Source: Paecilomyces variotii
Taxonomy: Eukaryota
Reading direction: 5' to 3' (one strand)
NCBI GenBank assembly: GCA_004022145.1
Contig: RCNU01000009.1
Length of the DNA stretch: 64,000 bases
In this document: piece by piece, positions 27,330 through 39,685 of the stretch
How the letters are laid out: every line of letters begins with the position of its first letter
Numbering within the stretch: position 1 is the first letter of the stretch
The notes under the pieces: model-generated
Databases searched by the model: none
What the model saw: the letters and a program-made list of their open reading frames with translations, nothing else
What the model was told of the DNA's origin: nothing
Position numbers and translations under genes: made by a program

Positions 27330-29389
27330 TTACCGGCTCCGGCTCCTCCGCCGGTCTCTTCTATCGTCCGCGTCCCTGTCTCGAGACCGGGAGCGTTTTC
27401 GGTCTCTATCGCGATCCCGGTCCCGGTCGCGGTCGCGGTTGCGATCTCTTTCTCTTTCTCTATCCCTCGAGCCGTCTCTGTCTCGATCGCCTAGAGAAGC
27501 ACCGCCAGGAATATAACGGTCAATTTCCACGAACCGCGGCCGATCATCCCTGTCCGGTGACCGCAGTCGTCTGCGAGGCGATCGACTCCTGTTGCTCGTC
27601 GCCGGTACATAGCGGTCGATATCGAGCTGACTAGGCGAACGCCGGCGAGAGCGAGATCGACGACGGGAACGAGATCGTCGACGAGCTGGACGGGACCGAG
27701 ACCGGGAACGTGAGCGCTTTCGGGATCGGGACCGGGAGCGTGAATAGTGGCTCCGCCGCCGACGCGATCTGTCTCGTCGGTCACGAGAGCGATCGCGGTC
27801 TCGAGGGCGATATCGATCATGGTCTCTATCTCGGTCGCGGCTGCGATCTCTATTCCTATCTCTGTCTCTGTCTCTGTCTCGATCCCGATCTCTAACCGTG
27901 GACCGGCTTCTGGTGCGGTGTCTGTTCCTGTAGGTTCTATCATCCCTATAGTCGCGAATGGAGAGTTTGTCATCGCCATCGCGTTCACGGTCCCGATCCC
28001 GGTCCCGATCCCGATCGTGACGAATAGACGGAGCTCTTGAGCGATCTCTAGTCTCGCGCCTACGGTCGTCATCATAGCCAGATGGGCGCCGTATATGTGA
28101 CCGACTCCGGCTGCCTTCTCGTTTTCGCTCCCGTGTACGTTCCGGGTGGTGTGAAGAACTTCGCTCTCGGGGTCCAGTGGGAGTATTGGAGTACCTCGAT
28201 TCTGCAACACTCTTTTGCCGTGGTGCTGGCTTGAGACCATTTTCAATAGCCTCCGCTTCTTCAAAGTCAAACTCAGGCTTTTGCCGTGACTTCGCTGCCA
28301 GTTCTTCTCCCTCCTTCAGGAGCATCTGTAAGGCGGCCTCTTCCAGTGATTTTTCATCAACAGGGGGCGGAGTCCTCTTTTTCGGCGCGGGAGAAGGCGT
28401 CTTCTTGGAGTCGCGCTGACGGGGAGACCTATCCACGCCTCTGTCATAGACTCTAGATCGGTCACGGTCACGGTCACGGTCCCGGTCCCGGTATCTGTCC
28501 TGTTCTTCCCGCCGCCGTCGTTCATATCTCTCTTCGCGCTCCTTCTCTCTCTCATCTTCCAGCCGACGACGCTCTTCCCGTATGCGTTCTCGCTCCGCCC
28601 GTCTCTGTTCCTCACGTTCTTTCTCCTTCGCTGCTTCCTCTTCTTCCTTGCGACGCTGGATCTCCCGTTGCTTGCGCTGTTCTTCAGCCTTTGCTTTGGC
28701 TTTCTCCTCCTCTATCTCTTTCTGCTTGCGTAGCTCCTCCTGGCGAATCTTCTCTCGCTCATCGCGCTTCTCCTTAACCTGGCGCGCGAAGTCTTCATCG
28801 GTCTTGTTGCCCGATCTCTCCTCTTGCGTCGCTATCTCTTCCCCGACCTCCTGGCGACGAATCTCCCTGATAGAGGAAAGAATAGAATCCAAATGGTTCT
28901 GCATCAGCGCGTAGATAGTACTTTCCACATTCTTGTAGATATCGCTGCGGTCCACAGCACCTTCGATCAAGGTCGCTGCTTTACCCCGCTCCCGCGACAA
29001 AAGCGCAGGCTCACGTTCAATCTCAGACTCAGCGAGCTCGATCAGCGAATCTGTAAATTTCTTTTTGGCCTCCTACATGTCATGTAATTAGTCACAATGT
29101 CCCAATGTAAGAACGTAGAAAAGTATGTCGCAAGGGCTAAAGAAGGTGGTGCAACGAGGAAGAATGCACTTACCCCATCGTTGAATTCCGCCCAGATTGT
29201 TTTGCGGATATTATCGAAGCCTCCTTTCTTCTTGAAGGAAAACAACAAGTTATCGATTGCGGCGCGTTGCGCTGCTGATATCGGCAGCTCCTCGGTCTTA
29301 AACTTCTTGTTCTGGAGTGATTCGACATCCAACGCGGGTCTTTTAACAGCCGTGGAGTCTCCGTCTGCCATGTTCTCTGGACCAGCCAT
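27330..29389 (-). CDS. BOD1/Shg1 (COMPASS) domain protein with coiled coil and long RD/RS tail
   Basis: Exons 29389-29174 and 29072-27330. N-terminal FKKKGGFDNIRKTIWAEF..LIEGAVDRS motif, an E/R/K-rich coiled coil, and RD/RS dipeptide repeats. Confidence 0.8.
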
Positions 29390-29813
29390 GATGATGGCAG
29401 ACTAGTAAAGACAATGAAAGACACCAGAAACTGTCCACATTTTTCAGTTTCACACTGTTGGACTGCTCGGATGTTCTGTCGCGCTGCCATGAGCGCGTCG
29501 TGAAAGACCGCAGGGTGTCCGGCGGAATGTTTTTCCATCTCGGAACACCCGCTTGCGAACGGCCGGACGATGATTCGCCGGGGAATTGACCAGGCGGGAT
29601 CGAAGCAACTTGAGAGAGCCTCAAGACCAACCTCACTTGCTCGACGCTGCCTGCCGCAACATCACCTCCGTCCATTGCGTCGCCGGCACGACCTCAGCGC
29701 TGTTTAAATCCGGTGTCGTGTGAGCCGAGGTGTCCAACGGACCTGTTCAGCCACCCACACAACCTTCCTATCATCCGAACCTGTCAAATCAAACCTCACA
29801 ACCTTCGCCAAAC

Positions 29814-30184
29814 ATGGTGCACAAAGTTCTCTTCTGGGGCGGCTTCGGTACGTGATCGCTAGCTCGATTGTTTTTATCATGCTTTTATAGTATTGGCACT
29901 TGGCCAATGGGATAGAAATTGGTTCGTCTGGCTAAACCCCTCTGTCCGCAGGCATTGCCGTCCGACTCTGGCAGCTGGGCATCGAAATGCGCCCCCTCTT
30001 GAACAAGGAATCCCTCTGGGTGTATCCCCTCTTCGCGGGCGTTGGTGGAAGCTTCGGCTACTGGCTCCAGGGTGTCGAGCAGAGACAATTGAGGATCCTC
30101 GCTGAGCGACGAGAGGCTATTCTGGAGAAGCGACGGAGAAGGGATGAGCGCGAGGGAACCGCTACTCTGGCCGCTAGCTCGTGA
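29814..30184 (+). CDS. NADH:ubiquinone oxidoreductase accessory subunit (NDUFC2/B14.5b-like)
   Basis: Exons 29814-29847 and 29952-30184. Reads MVHKVLFWGGFGIAVRLWQLGIEMRP..GGSFGYWLQGVE..LEKRRRR. Confidence 0.88.
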
Positions 30185-30689
30185 ATTTGAATGAAGGAGG
30201 GTGATGAAGGGGAAATCTGAGATTGGTGCATCATGCGTCAATTCCTTTTCCGAATGGGGGAAACCGAAAAGCGTGGACCATTCCCCGTGTGTTTGAAGAC
30301 AAGCAACTGTCCTTTCGGAGGATTACTTTGATGATTTGGTCCGCTGCGAACTGTAACTATTCAATTCAAATTCAACTTGTTCCATTACCTTTCTCTCTGT
30401 CTTTCGTTCCAGTCCGAAGCCTGTTCTCGGGCGTCAGAAGTCGGCTCTGATTTGACTCATATAAATGGGGATCTACTCCGGCAATAGATTCATTACATGC
30501 CTACTCTCTAAAAAAATTTGAAACCCCAGGTTCTGTCTGTTAGAGTCCTTCCTTCCATTAGGGCGCCGCATATATAATAATAATACGAATACTGAAAGAA
30601 TTTATTCATATTCTTTTCTGTAACCAGCAGGGGTAGATTACCCTGATAATAAAATGAATACAGTGAAGTTGCTTTAATAAACAACTCCG

Positions 30690-32134
30690 TCATGTCCGCT
30701 CACTCGTGAACTGTAAAGATACCTCCCACTTCTGACCCCCTGACCCATAGCCTCCCCCTAGCCTGTTCCTTACCAGGCTGGAAATCCGGTCTCGAAGTCG
30801 CGCAAGGTTTTCTTCAGAATCAGAAACAGTAAGTTTCAAGTTAGCCATACATAGCCCATAGTGCACCTGCCAAAATCTGGCTTCGTCGATGGCAGATACG
30901 GCTGGATCTGATTCGATGTCCTTTATCACTTCTGGCACACCACGGCCCGAGTACGACATGAGGAGCATCGAGCCCAATGTCTTCACGAGTCGCGTCCCGA
31001 GAATGCACATGCAGACAGCAATGGTACCAGACATGATTCTATCGAGCCAGAGGTAAAGTTGGGCAGACAGTAAAGGAAGGATGAAAAGGAGCGCGCAGCA
31101 GGAGATGGTCAGAAAGTGAGAGGGGTTACTAAGCACAGAGGGCAATGACTCAATGTAAGCAAAACGCATTGCTTTGCCAATTCGTGCGTGATTCTTGAGG
31201 CCGACCGCTGAGATCAAGGTCGAACCGATAGCGAGTATTGCAGTCAGATCCACGCTGCCCACTGAGGCACGGTCATGCTCATGAGTATGGTGCGGTTCAT
31301 GACCAGATGCTTCCAATACGTGTTGGAGATTATGGGATACCAGGTCCAAACCCATGAATAATAACAGAACGGAGAGCGCGAATCCAGCCAACACTTCGGC
31401 GCGTTCCAGCCCAAAAGGATGCCGGATGCTGGAACGTTTCCAGACTTCGAAATTGCCCAGGATATCAACAGCGACACACAGCAGAGCCCCAAGTGAATCA
31501 AAGAGGATAAGATGCGACAGAGCAGTCATAGCAAGAGAGCCGTGGGCACTCCAGAGGGTGTAGCCGGCGACGAACATATGACATACACTCCACCAGAATC
31601 GGGTCTGTTGCTCTTTCGACATGCTACTCCGGCATTCCTTGAACGTGGGTATCGGCAGAGAATTGGGTAATGCCAAAGGCGCCCTGGGCGGCGGTTCCAA
31701 AAATATCTGATGGGAGATACTGCTGTGTTTGTACTTGTGACCGCGTCTTTGCCCGATGTTCTGACCGGGTATGTGCCATTAGCAAAAATCTACTACAGAC
31801 ATGTAGAGGTCGACCATACAGATTTTATGACGGGGCTTTTCGCCATCGTCATTGGCTTGAAATTGAAGGGCCCCGATGCGCCATCGCCAGGGCTGCTTTG
31901 CACCCTTGCGGGCGTGTCAACAGACATGGTGCTGTGCATGGATCGAGCTGGACTCAAAGTATCCATTGAAGCTGACTCGGTGACTCCTCCCGGTCGATAC
32001 ATATCAACCATGGGCGATAGCGAATTCCTATCGTAGGTGGCCACTGGCGATGGGTCAGGGTCCGTAGGCGGATCATCAGATGGAGGCGTAGGGGTCCGCG
32101 GAGGACGAGGGATCGGGAGAGTGGACGCCGCCAT
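30690..32134 (-). CDS. zrg17: ER cation diffusion facilitator zinc transporter
   Basis: Exons 32134-31820 and 31760-30690. Motifs RRGHKYKHSS, LPIPTFKEC, WKRSSIRHPFGLERAEVL, His-rich loop HEPHHTHEH, FWQVHYGLCMANLKL. Confidence 0.9.
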
Positions 32135-32572
32135 AGCGCCTGCGCAAAACCCAGGACGAGCTGGCTCGATGGCTGTTTCAAAGAAGTTAGAGACAGATAA
32201 CTAGCATGCCCCACAGTTGGTGTCAAAGCTCACCGATCTCCGTACTCCAACAGCTGGATGGAAGTGTAGATATCTATCTATCTATGGTAAGGAGCTTCAG
32301 GAGAGAGCGGAGCGGGATAGATAGAGTTAACTAGACTAACTGCTCCGCGGCAGCCTCAGGCTCCCAGTTTTGCCTATCGCGTCACTCCGCTCCACATGTT
32401 GTTCCGCCCCCTCTGGTCTGGCCATCGATCCTATAACATCCCCCAGACTCCTGTTAGCCACATTTGCTACTGATCGTTCCCTCATACCTGGCTTTGCACC
32501 AGCAATGCGACGATCGTAAACCTCTCCTTTTCACACTAGGGGCGATTCTAATGGTCCCTGCTCTCGGCGTTT

Positions 32573-35008
32573 ATGGATAGCCGCGGGACCTTTCTATTCA
32601 TTCTCATAGCATTTTATTTCCTGATCAACTCTCAGGGTCGTGCTCCCATCGTTGATCATGATAAGGAGCATCAGGAAGAGCTTGCTCGAGAACGAGATGC
32701 CCTCAGTCTTCTGAACCAGTCACGATATGGAGATTTCGACGCTCAAGCTGATAAGTGGCTTCCTATCGCCGGCTTGAGGAAGAATGACAGTTACGAGTGG
32801 GACCTGCTACCAAACGTCCAGGATAGGGCCCGTCGACAGTTACAGTCAGCTCTTCTGAGCTCTGGAATTCAAGCGCCTGAAGGCCTTGATTCTCGGGATA
32901 GCGCCCCTCAGTTGAACCTCACGCGACTCTTCCTCCCCGTCTATCGCAACGTCACAAGCAAGCTCCGTGGCGATTGGGTCCGGCAGACGATCGACGAACC
33001 GCTTGCTGCTAATCGTTCGCATATAAATGTCACGGCGCTGGTTATCGAGAATGAATATGTGACCCGTGAGTTTGGTTTGAATGTCACAGGGGACACTGGA
33101 ACACTATATTTGGAACTGCATGAGGGGGAAGGGCAAGAGTTGTGGCGAGATGATCGCAACGTCAGAGAGGTAAAGGCAAATCTGGCAATCGAAAGTGCTT
33201 CTTCTCTCAGAAATATCTGGTATCTTTCGCTTTTCGGGGTTCATTTCCCTGAATCTGGAGGCATCATTCTCAGTACAACGAGCGAGAAATTCGGAGGGAT
33301 ATTCTCTTTGCCCCATCTTGCTCTTTCGCAAGATGCTTTTGATCTCTCTCATGATCTTCTGGTAAAGTCATTGTCGGATACCATATCGGAGAAGCAGAAT
33401 AGCCCACCCACGTTCTTTCCATGGAGCTCCTTGCCTCATGGCTCTCACGGTGCGGGCTTTCCCACTCCCAAATGTGAATATGTCATCTACCTCCAACAAC
33501 ATCCACTGTTCATCGGTGATAAGTTAGCAGAAGCGTCAGTGATTTCGAGGATCGAGGATGAACTGAGGTTCCCGGAAGGAGCACCCATCCCACCACCTCC
33601 TGCAATAAAGATGTCTGCAGTCGTGTTCTCTCCTGATTGTGGTTTCATTTTGGAAACCAAAGGCGCTCCTGAATATCCCCCGACTGATGCTCTCTACCTC
33701 ACTGGGCCGAAGCAGGAGGAATATGGTAAATACGCGGCACGTCTCATCTTCATCATGGCCTGTGTCTTCGTGGGCCAAATATCATTGCTGTTGCGACAGA
33801 TCAAGGAGGCGTCGACGCCGTCTACCAGGAGCCGCATTAGCTTCTACACGATTGCAATGATGTCGATAGGAGATGCATTCGCTATTTCTTTCCTTGTTCT
33901 GGAGTTGTACGACGAGGTCTCTTTCTTGATCCTGACGGCGACATCCTTCCTAGCGTTCCTTTCCGTCAGCTATATAGGAATGCGGTTCATGATGGAGATT
34001 TGGGCTGTTCAGGCTCCTGAGCGAAGAGAGCAGGATAGACAGAATTCGCAGAATACAAACGCACGCCAGACCTTGCCTCCGCCTGCTACGGCACCGAGGC
34101 CGACAGATACGGGGGCAACGCCAATTATCTTACCGCCTGACCAGGATGCTCCTGACGATGCAGAAGCAACAAATAACGGCGGTACTGGACAGGGGCAGTC
34201 GGATACAGGGAGCGATGTCGGGGCGATGTACGCTCGATTTTACTTCGTTCTATTTTGCTTGCTCATTCTGTCCTTGTGGTCTGTCGTGTGGCCAAATCTG
34301 GTAGGGGCCATATATGCGCGGTTCGTGAGCTTTCTGTACCTCTCTTTCTGGGTGCCCCAAATCTATCGCAACGTCATGCGGAACTGCCCGAAAGCTCTGA
34401 GCTGGGAATTCGTCATCGGCCAGAGCCTCCTGCGATTGTTCCCTTTTGTGTACTTCCTTACTGTGCCCGGGAACGTCCTGTTCATCCGTCCGGACACGAC
34501 TACCGCCTTGGCTATGGTTGGATGGGTGTGGATTCAGATCTGGGCCCTCGCAAGTCAAGACATTCTTGGCCCACGCTTCTTCGTTCCCCGCGGTTGGGCG
34601 CCGCCAGCATACGACTATCATCCTATTCTCCGCGACACTTCAGCCTCCGGATCAGGGGAAGACATTGAGTCAGGCGGAGTGTTGCCGATCGGATTCCTTC
34701 GCGCACAGGAGCGGGACTCACTGACGATCACCAGGACGGACAGCAATAGTCACACGAGACAACACAAGGATAAGAGGAAAAAAATCTTCGACTGCGCTAT
34801 CTGCATGCAGGACATCGAAGTGCCAGTCCTTTCAGCCCCTGGAGGCGCTGGCCCAAGTAGTGTGGCAGACGGCGCGACGAGCATTCTCGCACGTCGCGCT
34901 TACATGGTAACTCCTTGTCGGCATATCTTCCACAGCACTTGTCTGGAGAGCTGGATGAGACTGAGACTGCAATGTCCGATATGCCGGGAGTCTATACCAC
35001 CTGTATAG
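32573..35008 (+). CDS. dscA: Golgi Dsc complex transmembrane RING E3 ligase (Tul1/DscA)
   Basis: Intronless 811-aa ORF with a lumenal domain (CEYVIYLQQ, FSPDCG), multiple transmembrane segments (SFWVPQIYRN) and a C-terminal RING-H2 CAIC..PCRHIFHSTCLESW..CPICR. Confidence 0.93.
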   Translation: MDSRGTFLFILIAFYFLINSQGRAPIVDHDKEHQEELARERDALSLLNQSRYGDFDAQADKWLPIAGLRKNDSYEWDLLPNVQDRARRQLQSALLSSGIQAPEGLDSRDSAPQLNLTRLFLPVYRNVTSKLRGDWVRQTIDEPLAANRSHINVTALVIENEYVTREFGLNVTGDTGTLYLELHEGEGQELWRDDRNVREVKANLAIESASSLRNIWYLSLFGVHFPESGGIILSTTSEKFGGIFSLPHLALSQDAFDLSHDLLVKSLSDTISEKQNSPPTFFPWSSLPHGSHGAGFPTPKCEYVIYLQQHPLFIGDKLAEASVISRIEDELRFPEGAPIPPPPAIKMSAVVFSPDCGFILETKGAPEYPPTDALYLTGPKQEEYGKYAARLIFIMACVFVGQISLLLRQIKEASTPSTRSRISFYTIAMMSIGDAFAISFLVLELYDEVSFLILTATSFLAFLSVSYIGMRFMMEIWAVQAPERREQDRQNSQNTNARQTLPPPATAPRPTDTGATPIILPPDQDAPDDAEATNNGGTGQGQSDTGSDVGAMYARFYFVLFCLLILSLWSVVWPNLVGAIYARFVSFLYLSFWVPQIYRNVMRNCPKALSWEFVIGQSLLRLFPFVYFLTVPGNVLFIRPDTTTALAMVGWVWIQIWALASQDILGPRFFVPRGWAPPAYDYHPILRDTSASGSGEDIESGGVLPIGFLRAQERDSLTITRTDSNSHTRQHKDKRKKIFDCAICMQDIEVPVLSAPGGAGPSSVADGATSILARRAYMVTPCRHIFHSTCLESWMRLRLQCPICRESIPPV

Positions 35009-35096
35009 GTTTTTGGTTCATAATATGATTGGGATCGAATATACATGGCGGAGTCTTTGTGTGTCTATGGCGTATACAGCACTTGTGGGGGTTATG

Positions 35097-35097
<1 letters not shown>

Positions 35098-35157
<60 letters not shown>
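35098..35157 (+). repeat. Poly(T) tract, 60 nt
   Basis: Direct read; lies in the 3' region of dscA. Confidence 0.95.
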
Positions 35158-35721
35158 CAGAATTATGGCTTTATAATCTTAGCTACCATAAAAATGTCCT
35201 CTTCTGCTTTTAACGTCAACGCCTTCACCGGATCTTCTTAAGGAAAATCTCAAAAAAGTCGCAGCTGGGACTAGCTCGAGATAAAGTGAACCGTCAGAGA
35301 GTAGTTCTTCATAAACGTCAGTCTACGAGAGGATCGCGATCTTCAAAAGAAAAGTGTGGCTGATGTGGGTGTTGAGTGGAAGTGAGCTTAGACTTGTATA
35401 ACGCCGGCAAGGAGAGGTATGTCGTCATAAGAGATGCAACCGGTTCGGGTACTTAAAAAGCACCGGGAAATGCCATGAACACAAAACAACAAAAGGTCAT
35501 CCCTGTTGAATAACTGACCATAAGACATAATCCAAATCTCGAAATACTTTCGTTGAAAAAAATAAAAAAAAAAAAATCGGATGGCAGAGACACCATACCT
35601 CCCTTTTGCTGGCGGAAGGATCTATAACATGAAAACCAATCGTTCTTCCTTGCACACAAACATATTCCCACGAACAAAATAACAGTCCCCTTTTCATTTC
35701 TCCTACATTGGATATCTTCCC

Positions 35722-36433
35722 TTAGTGATCCTCAGCCTCTCCAACGAGGTCCTTGTAAGCCTTCGCATCCAGCAGGGAGTCGATCTCTGAAGGGTCAGAG
35801 ACCTCAACCTTGGCGATCCAGCCATCGCCCTCTGGACTGGCATTGATGATCTTGGCCGAATCATCCAGGACGGAGTTGGCTTCTACGACTCGTCCAGAGA
35901 CGGGCGAGAGGACGTCCGACGCGGACTTGACCGACTCGACAGCTCCGACGGGCTCGTTGGCAGCGACTTCGAGATCGGGAGTGGGGAGCTCGACGTACAC
36001 AACGTCACCGAGAGACTTGGCAGCGTACTCGCTGATACCAATGGTAGCTGTAAAGCAATTGGGGTATCAGTATCTTTGGGCGATTATGAATTTCAAAGAA
36101 ATTTCGGAGAAGAGAAAAAGAAGTATACTGACCAATGCCCTTGTCGTCAAGCTCGACCCATTCGTGAGACTCGGTGTACTTCTTCACTTGCCCTGCGTCA
36201 ATTGATTCGTGTTAGTCTCTACTTGAAGCCATACACGAGTCTGCAGACCAGCTGAGACTGTCTATAATTGAAAATAATGGGAATTCCGTACAGAAAGGGC
36301 TCTGCGAAAAGCTCCTGACACTTCCCCGCGGGAAACGGACAGGCGTGAATCGGGGAACGCAAGTGGAACGGGGGAGGGTCTGGGAGAGCACCCTGGAGGC
36401 GAAGGGGCGCGCGGCTCTGGCGATGGTAGACAT
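35722..36433 (-). CDS. gcv3: Mitochondrial glycine cleavage system H protein
   Basis: Exons 36433-36292, 36192-36133, 36047-35722. R/S-rich presequence, KYTESHEW, LGDVVYVELP, and the lipoyl-lysine motif ESVKSASD. Confidence 0.95.
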
Positions 36434-36712
36434 CTTGAATATAGAGGCTTTGGACAAACAAGGACGGACAAAAAATAACAAGAACCGTGAGTGTGGTGGG
36501 AAAAGAATTGGAAGATGGGAAGTTGTAGGAGCTTGCGGACGCTTTCGCTGATACGGGAAGAGCCAAGAACGGGGCCGATAAGCTGGGGAAGTTCGGCGAG
36601 TCGGGACACGCGCAAAAAATCTCCCGCTCCGGATCAGCCATTTGTTGCTAAACCGCTTGGGTCTCTGCGTTACGGAAGACACAATAAGATAATAATACAG
36701 ATCGCCGCAGAG

Positions 36713-37257
36713 ATGTTGTACGAACTGATCGCTGTTGTATGTTTATTCCTATCGCTCTTCTGTGAACTGCTGGATTGTACTGACTGTTTTTCGCAGGTCC
36801 GTCCGGGCAGTCTCAACGAGGTCCGCGAGTACGTTCTTCCTATCCATCCTATCCTATCCAACAGGCTTGAATCATGCTTCAATAGAGTGAAGCTATAATT
36901 GAAACATAACAAGAACCTACTGACACCGTCCGCAGAATCGCCCGTAACGCTGGCATCCAAGTCCTCCGCTCTGGCGGCGTCGTCCGCGGCTACACAAACT
37001 GGGGAACCTTCCGTCTGCCAAAGCCTACTACGAAGCATCAGGCCCGGTACACTGAGGGTCATCACTTCATCATGCGCTTCGACTCATCTGGCGCCGTGCA
37101 GAAGGCTGTCCGAAGAACACTCGGTCTCGACCCCCGGATGGTCCGCTTCTCCGTCGTCAAGCTGGGCGAGAAGCTCGAGGAGATCAAGGATGTCGATGGC
37201 AGGGTCGAGTGGAACAACACGCAGAGCATCTCCGATTCGATCAGCAGGGGACCATGA
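36713..37257 (+). CDS. mrp17: Mitochondrial ribosomal protein bS6m
   Basis: Exons 36713-36736, 36797-36828, 36936-37257. Reads MLYELIAVVRPG..GGVVRGYTNWG..HFIMRFDSS..LDPRMVRFSVVKLG. Confidence 0.92.
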
Positions 37258-37708
37258 GATACCCAGGGTTTGATTTCGCTTCTTTGTTTCGGGAAGGGGG
37301 GAGCTGCGGGTGGACGAATCTGATAAATCTCGATGGGAAGAACGAGATTCTGCCCTGTTACGGGCCATTAGAGACGCTGGATTTTTCGCTTTTGGATGAT
37401 TGTACAATTTCATGGGAACGGACAATTTCTGTATTTCTAGCATATCAGGCGCATGTATAAATTACGTTTCCTCTGTTTCGCTCTCACATCTGGGTACGCT
37501 CATCTTGCTGTGGCAAGCTCCGCAGGGTCTCTCATCTCACCAAGTCTAATGAAATTGGGGACAAACAAGACTAGAGATCCGCAGATTTTACACGGATGAC
37601 AAATTAAATAATTCCTCAAGAGGTCTATATACTTTCAGGTCACACGCTATGCTATATGTCTACTGGTAACAACTGACAGTACCCAAAACTGCCAACCGTC
37701 CCTGAACT

Positions 37709-38904
37709 CTATAGCTTCTGTGGTGCCTTGTATCTAAGCATGCTATCTTGCATGGTCGTCGCTAGCAGCGTTCCGTCTAGACTCCACAGTCGACTCTCGT
37801 AGAGTCCTCGACTTCCTCCTGACGCAGGCGACCAGGCCTCCTGGCAGAACCACTTCTCCCGCGATCTCTTCTCCCCCTGCTCCGTCACATCCCAATCGAG
37901 CATCCGCAGCGCGTCGCCATGTTGGTGGAATATGACCGTGCAGCTCAGACTTGCCATCGCGGTCCAGCTCTCGCTCTGGCCCAAGGATCGCGGGATGACC
38001 ATCAACGAGTTCTTATCGCTGGCATATAGATGAGCGCACGCATAGAGATTATCATATTCACCTTCCCGATCGTTCTTCTCGAGCTGATTTAGATCCTGGA
38101 TTGTCGAATCGGGGGAGCCTTTGATTCGATAGAACTGCAATTGGCGGTACTTATGCGGGTTCTTTCTGATCTCTTCTGTTCGGTTATACTTTCGCATGTC
38201 CACCCTTCTCAAATCGACTCCAGCAAACTCTCCCTCCTCAATTTCTCCCATCTCGACTGCTCGCATCCACCAATCGGCATCGACTCCCGGAGCGAGGGGA
38301 TGGTCTTCAGGCTTCTTGTCCTCCAGTACTGACTGATACTTCTCGTGCAGATCCACAGCAGGCTGATAGCCGTAGGAGAAGCGCGTCTCAAGTCGCTTGA
38401 AGGAGCAGATGCAGGAAAAGCAGACGTTTCCATTTTGTCGAACATCGACCGCACGCATGCAGTATACTCCGCCATCACGGACGTGACGGACAGTATATAC
38501 GAAGGGAACATCCAGACGACCAGCCAAGATAAAAGAGCCCATGATATTCTGTATAGGATTGTCAGTTATCGAGATTCGGTTCCAGATAAGATAGAACAGA
38601 GGAGGTTTCTTAATATGAATAAGCCGCCAGATCAAGAACTCACATGTATCACGAATCCCCTCTTTACTGTCTTCGAGGCTGCATATGCAGACTGTGCGAA
38701 GACATGACCGCCAAAGGCGCGCTGGCCTGCGCCAGGACTGAATGGTAGGGATACCGATTGGAATGTCTCGACAACCTCTGGCTTATCTGTAGGTGCGCCA
38801 AGAATCCTCGTGCTCTTTTCGAGGTGCTCGAGAGCCATCAAATCGGCAAATGGCGTTATTTGTTGTTCCTGGCCATTGTTGGCAGGACTCTGTTTCGGCG
38901 ACAT
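37709..38904 (-). CDS. Acyl-CoA thioesterase II (TesB/Tes1 family), probably peroxisomal
   Basis: Exons 38904-38644 and 38548-37709. Motifs AFGGHVFAQS, HLYASDKNSL, MASLSCTVIFH, ATTMQDSMLR; ends in QKL. Confidence 0.88.
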
Positions 38905-39364
38905 CGTGGATTAAGACAGGCCACTACTGGCGATTTAATGTCTTGACGGAGAATGCAGAAGAAAAAAAAAAGAGCGACTTCGAAGAAAGATTCTAAGGCA
39001 ATATGTATAAACCTCCGCGTGCTAACTACGAAGTAAGCGGCGATCACGAGGAGGGATGAACGTTGCTGGGTGTAAATATTCCCGCGCAGCAGAAGGGAAA
39101 AAGAATAGGAGAGATAGAGAGAGACTGCTCTGGATCTTTGTCGTAGGAACGCTATAACATCCTAGTCGACCTGCAGGGTTCCTATATACAATCTCGTCGA
39201 GCGATAGATCACTTGAAATTGATGCTTGTAGGGTAGTATCAAGTACGCGTCTAAACTGTTGGGAGACAAGCGTGGCTATCTAACCTAGGTACCTCGGCTG
39301 TCCTATCACCAAGCATGATTTTCCGCTGATTGGTCCACAACAGCTTAATTGTGATGGACAATAT

Positions 39365-39685
39365 TTAGAGTACATAGTTCAATCCCCCATGGCCCGCGTA
39401 ATGGATCATGATGACACTCTTTCCGATATCTGAGACTGCACGTTTCAATATGTCTATGATTCGAGCATGGACTTCAAACGCGGGTGTGAGTGAATTCGAG
39501 TAGGTTTCCGGTGCGGAAAAGCCTAGTAAATGTGCAAGATCGGCAAAGCTACTTGCGTCACGGTCGGCGTTGGTATTGTCGTCTTCCCATCTCCAATGGG
39601 AAGCGTAGAAGTTGTCATAGACGTGTTCTCTAACCGAAACTGCGGCTTCCATGACTTTTTTAAACGCGTCTCTCGAGATTGCCAT
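39365..39685 (-). pseudogene. Truncated caspase-like (peptidase C14-fold) gene fragment
   Basis: WRWEDD...IMIHYAGHGG matches the His motif of fungal caspase-like proteins. It stops 7 codons after the catalytic-type His, and no downstream DCC motif is visible. Confidence 0.55.
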
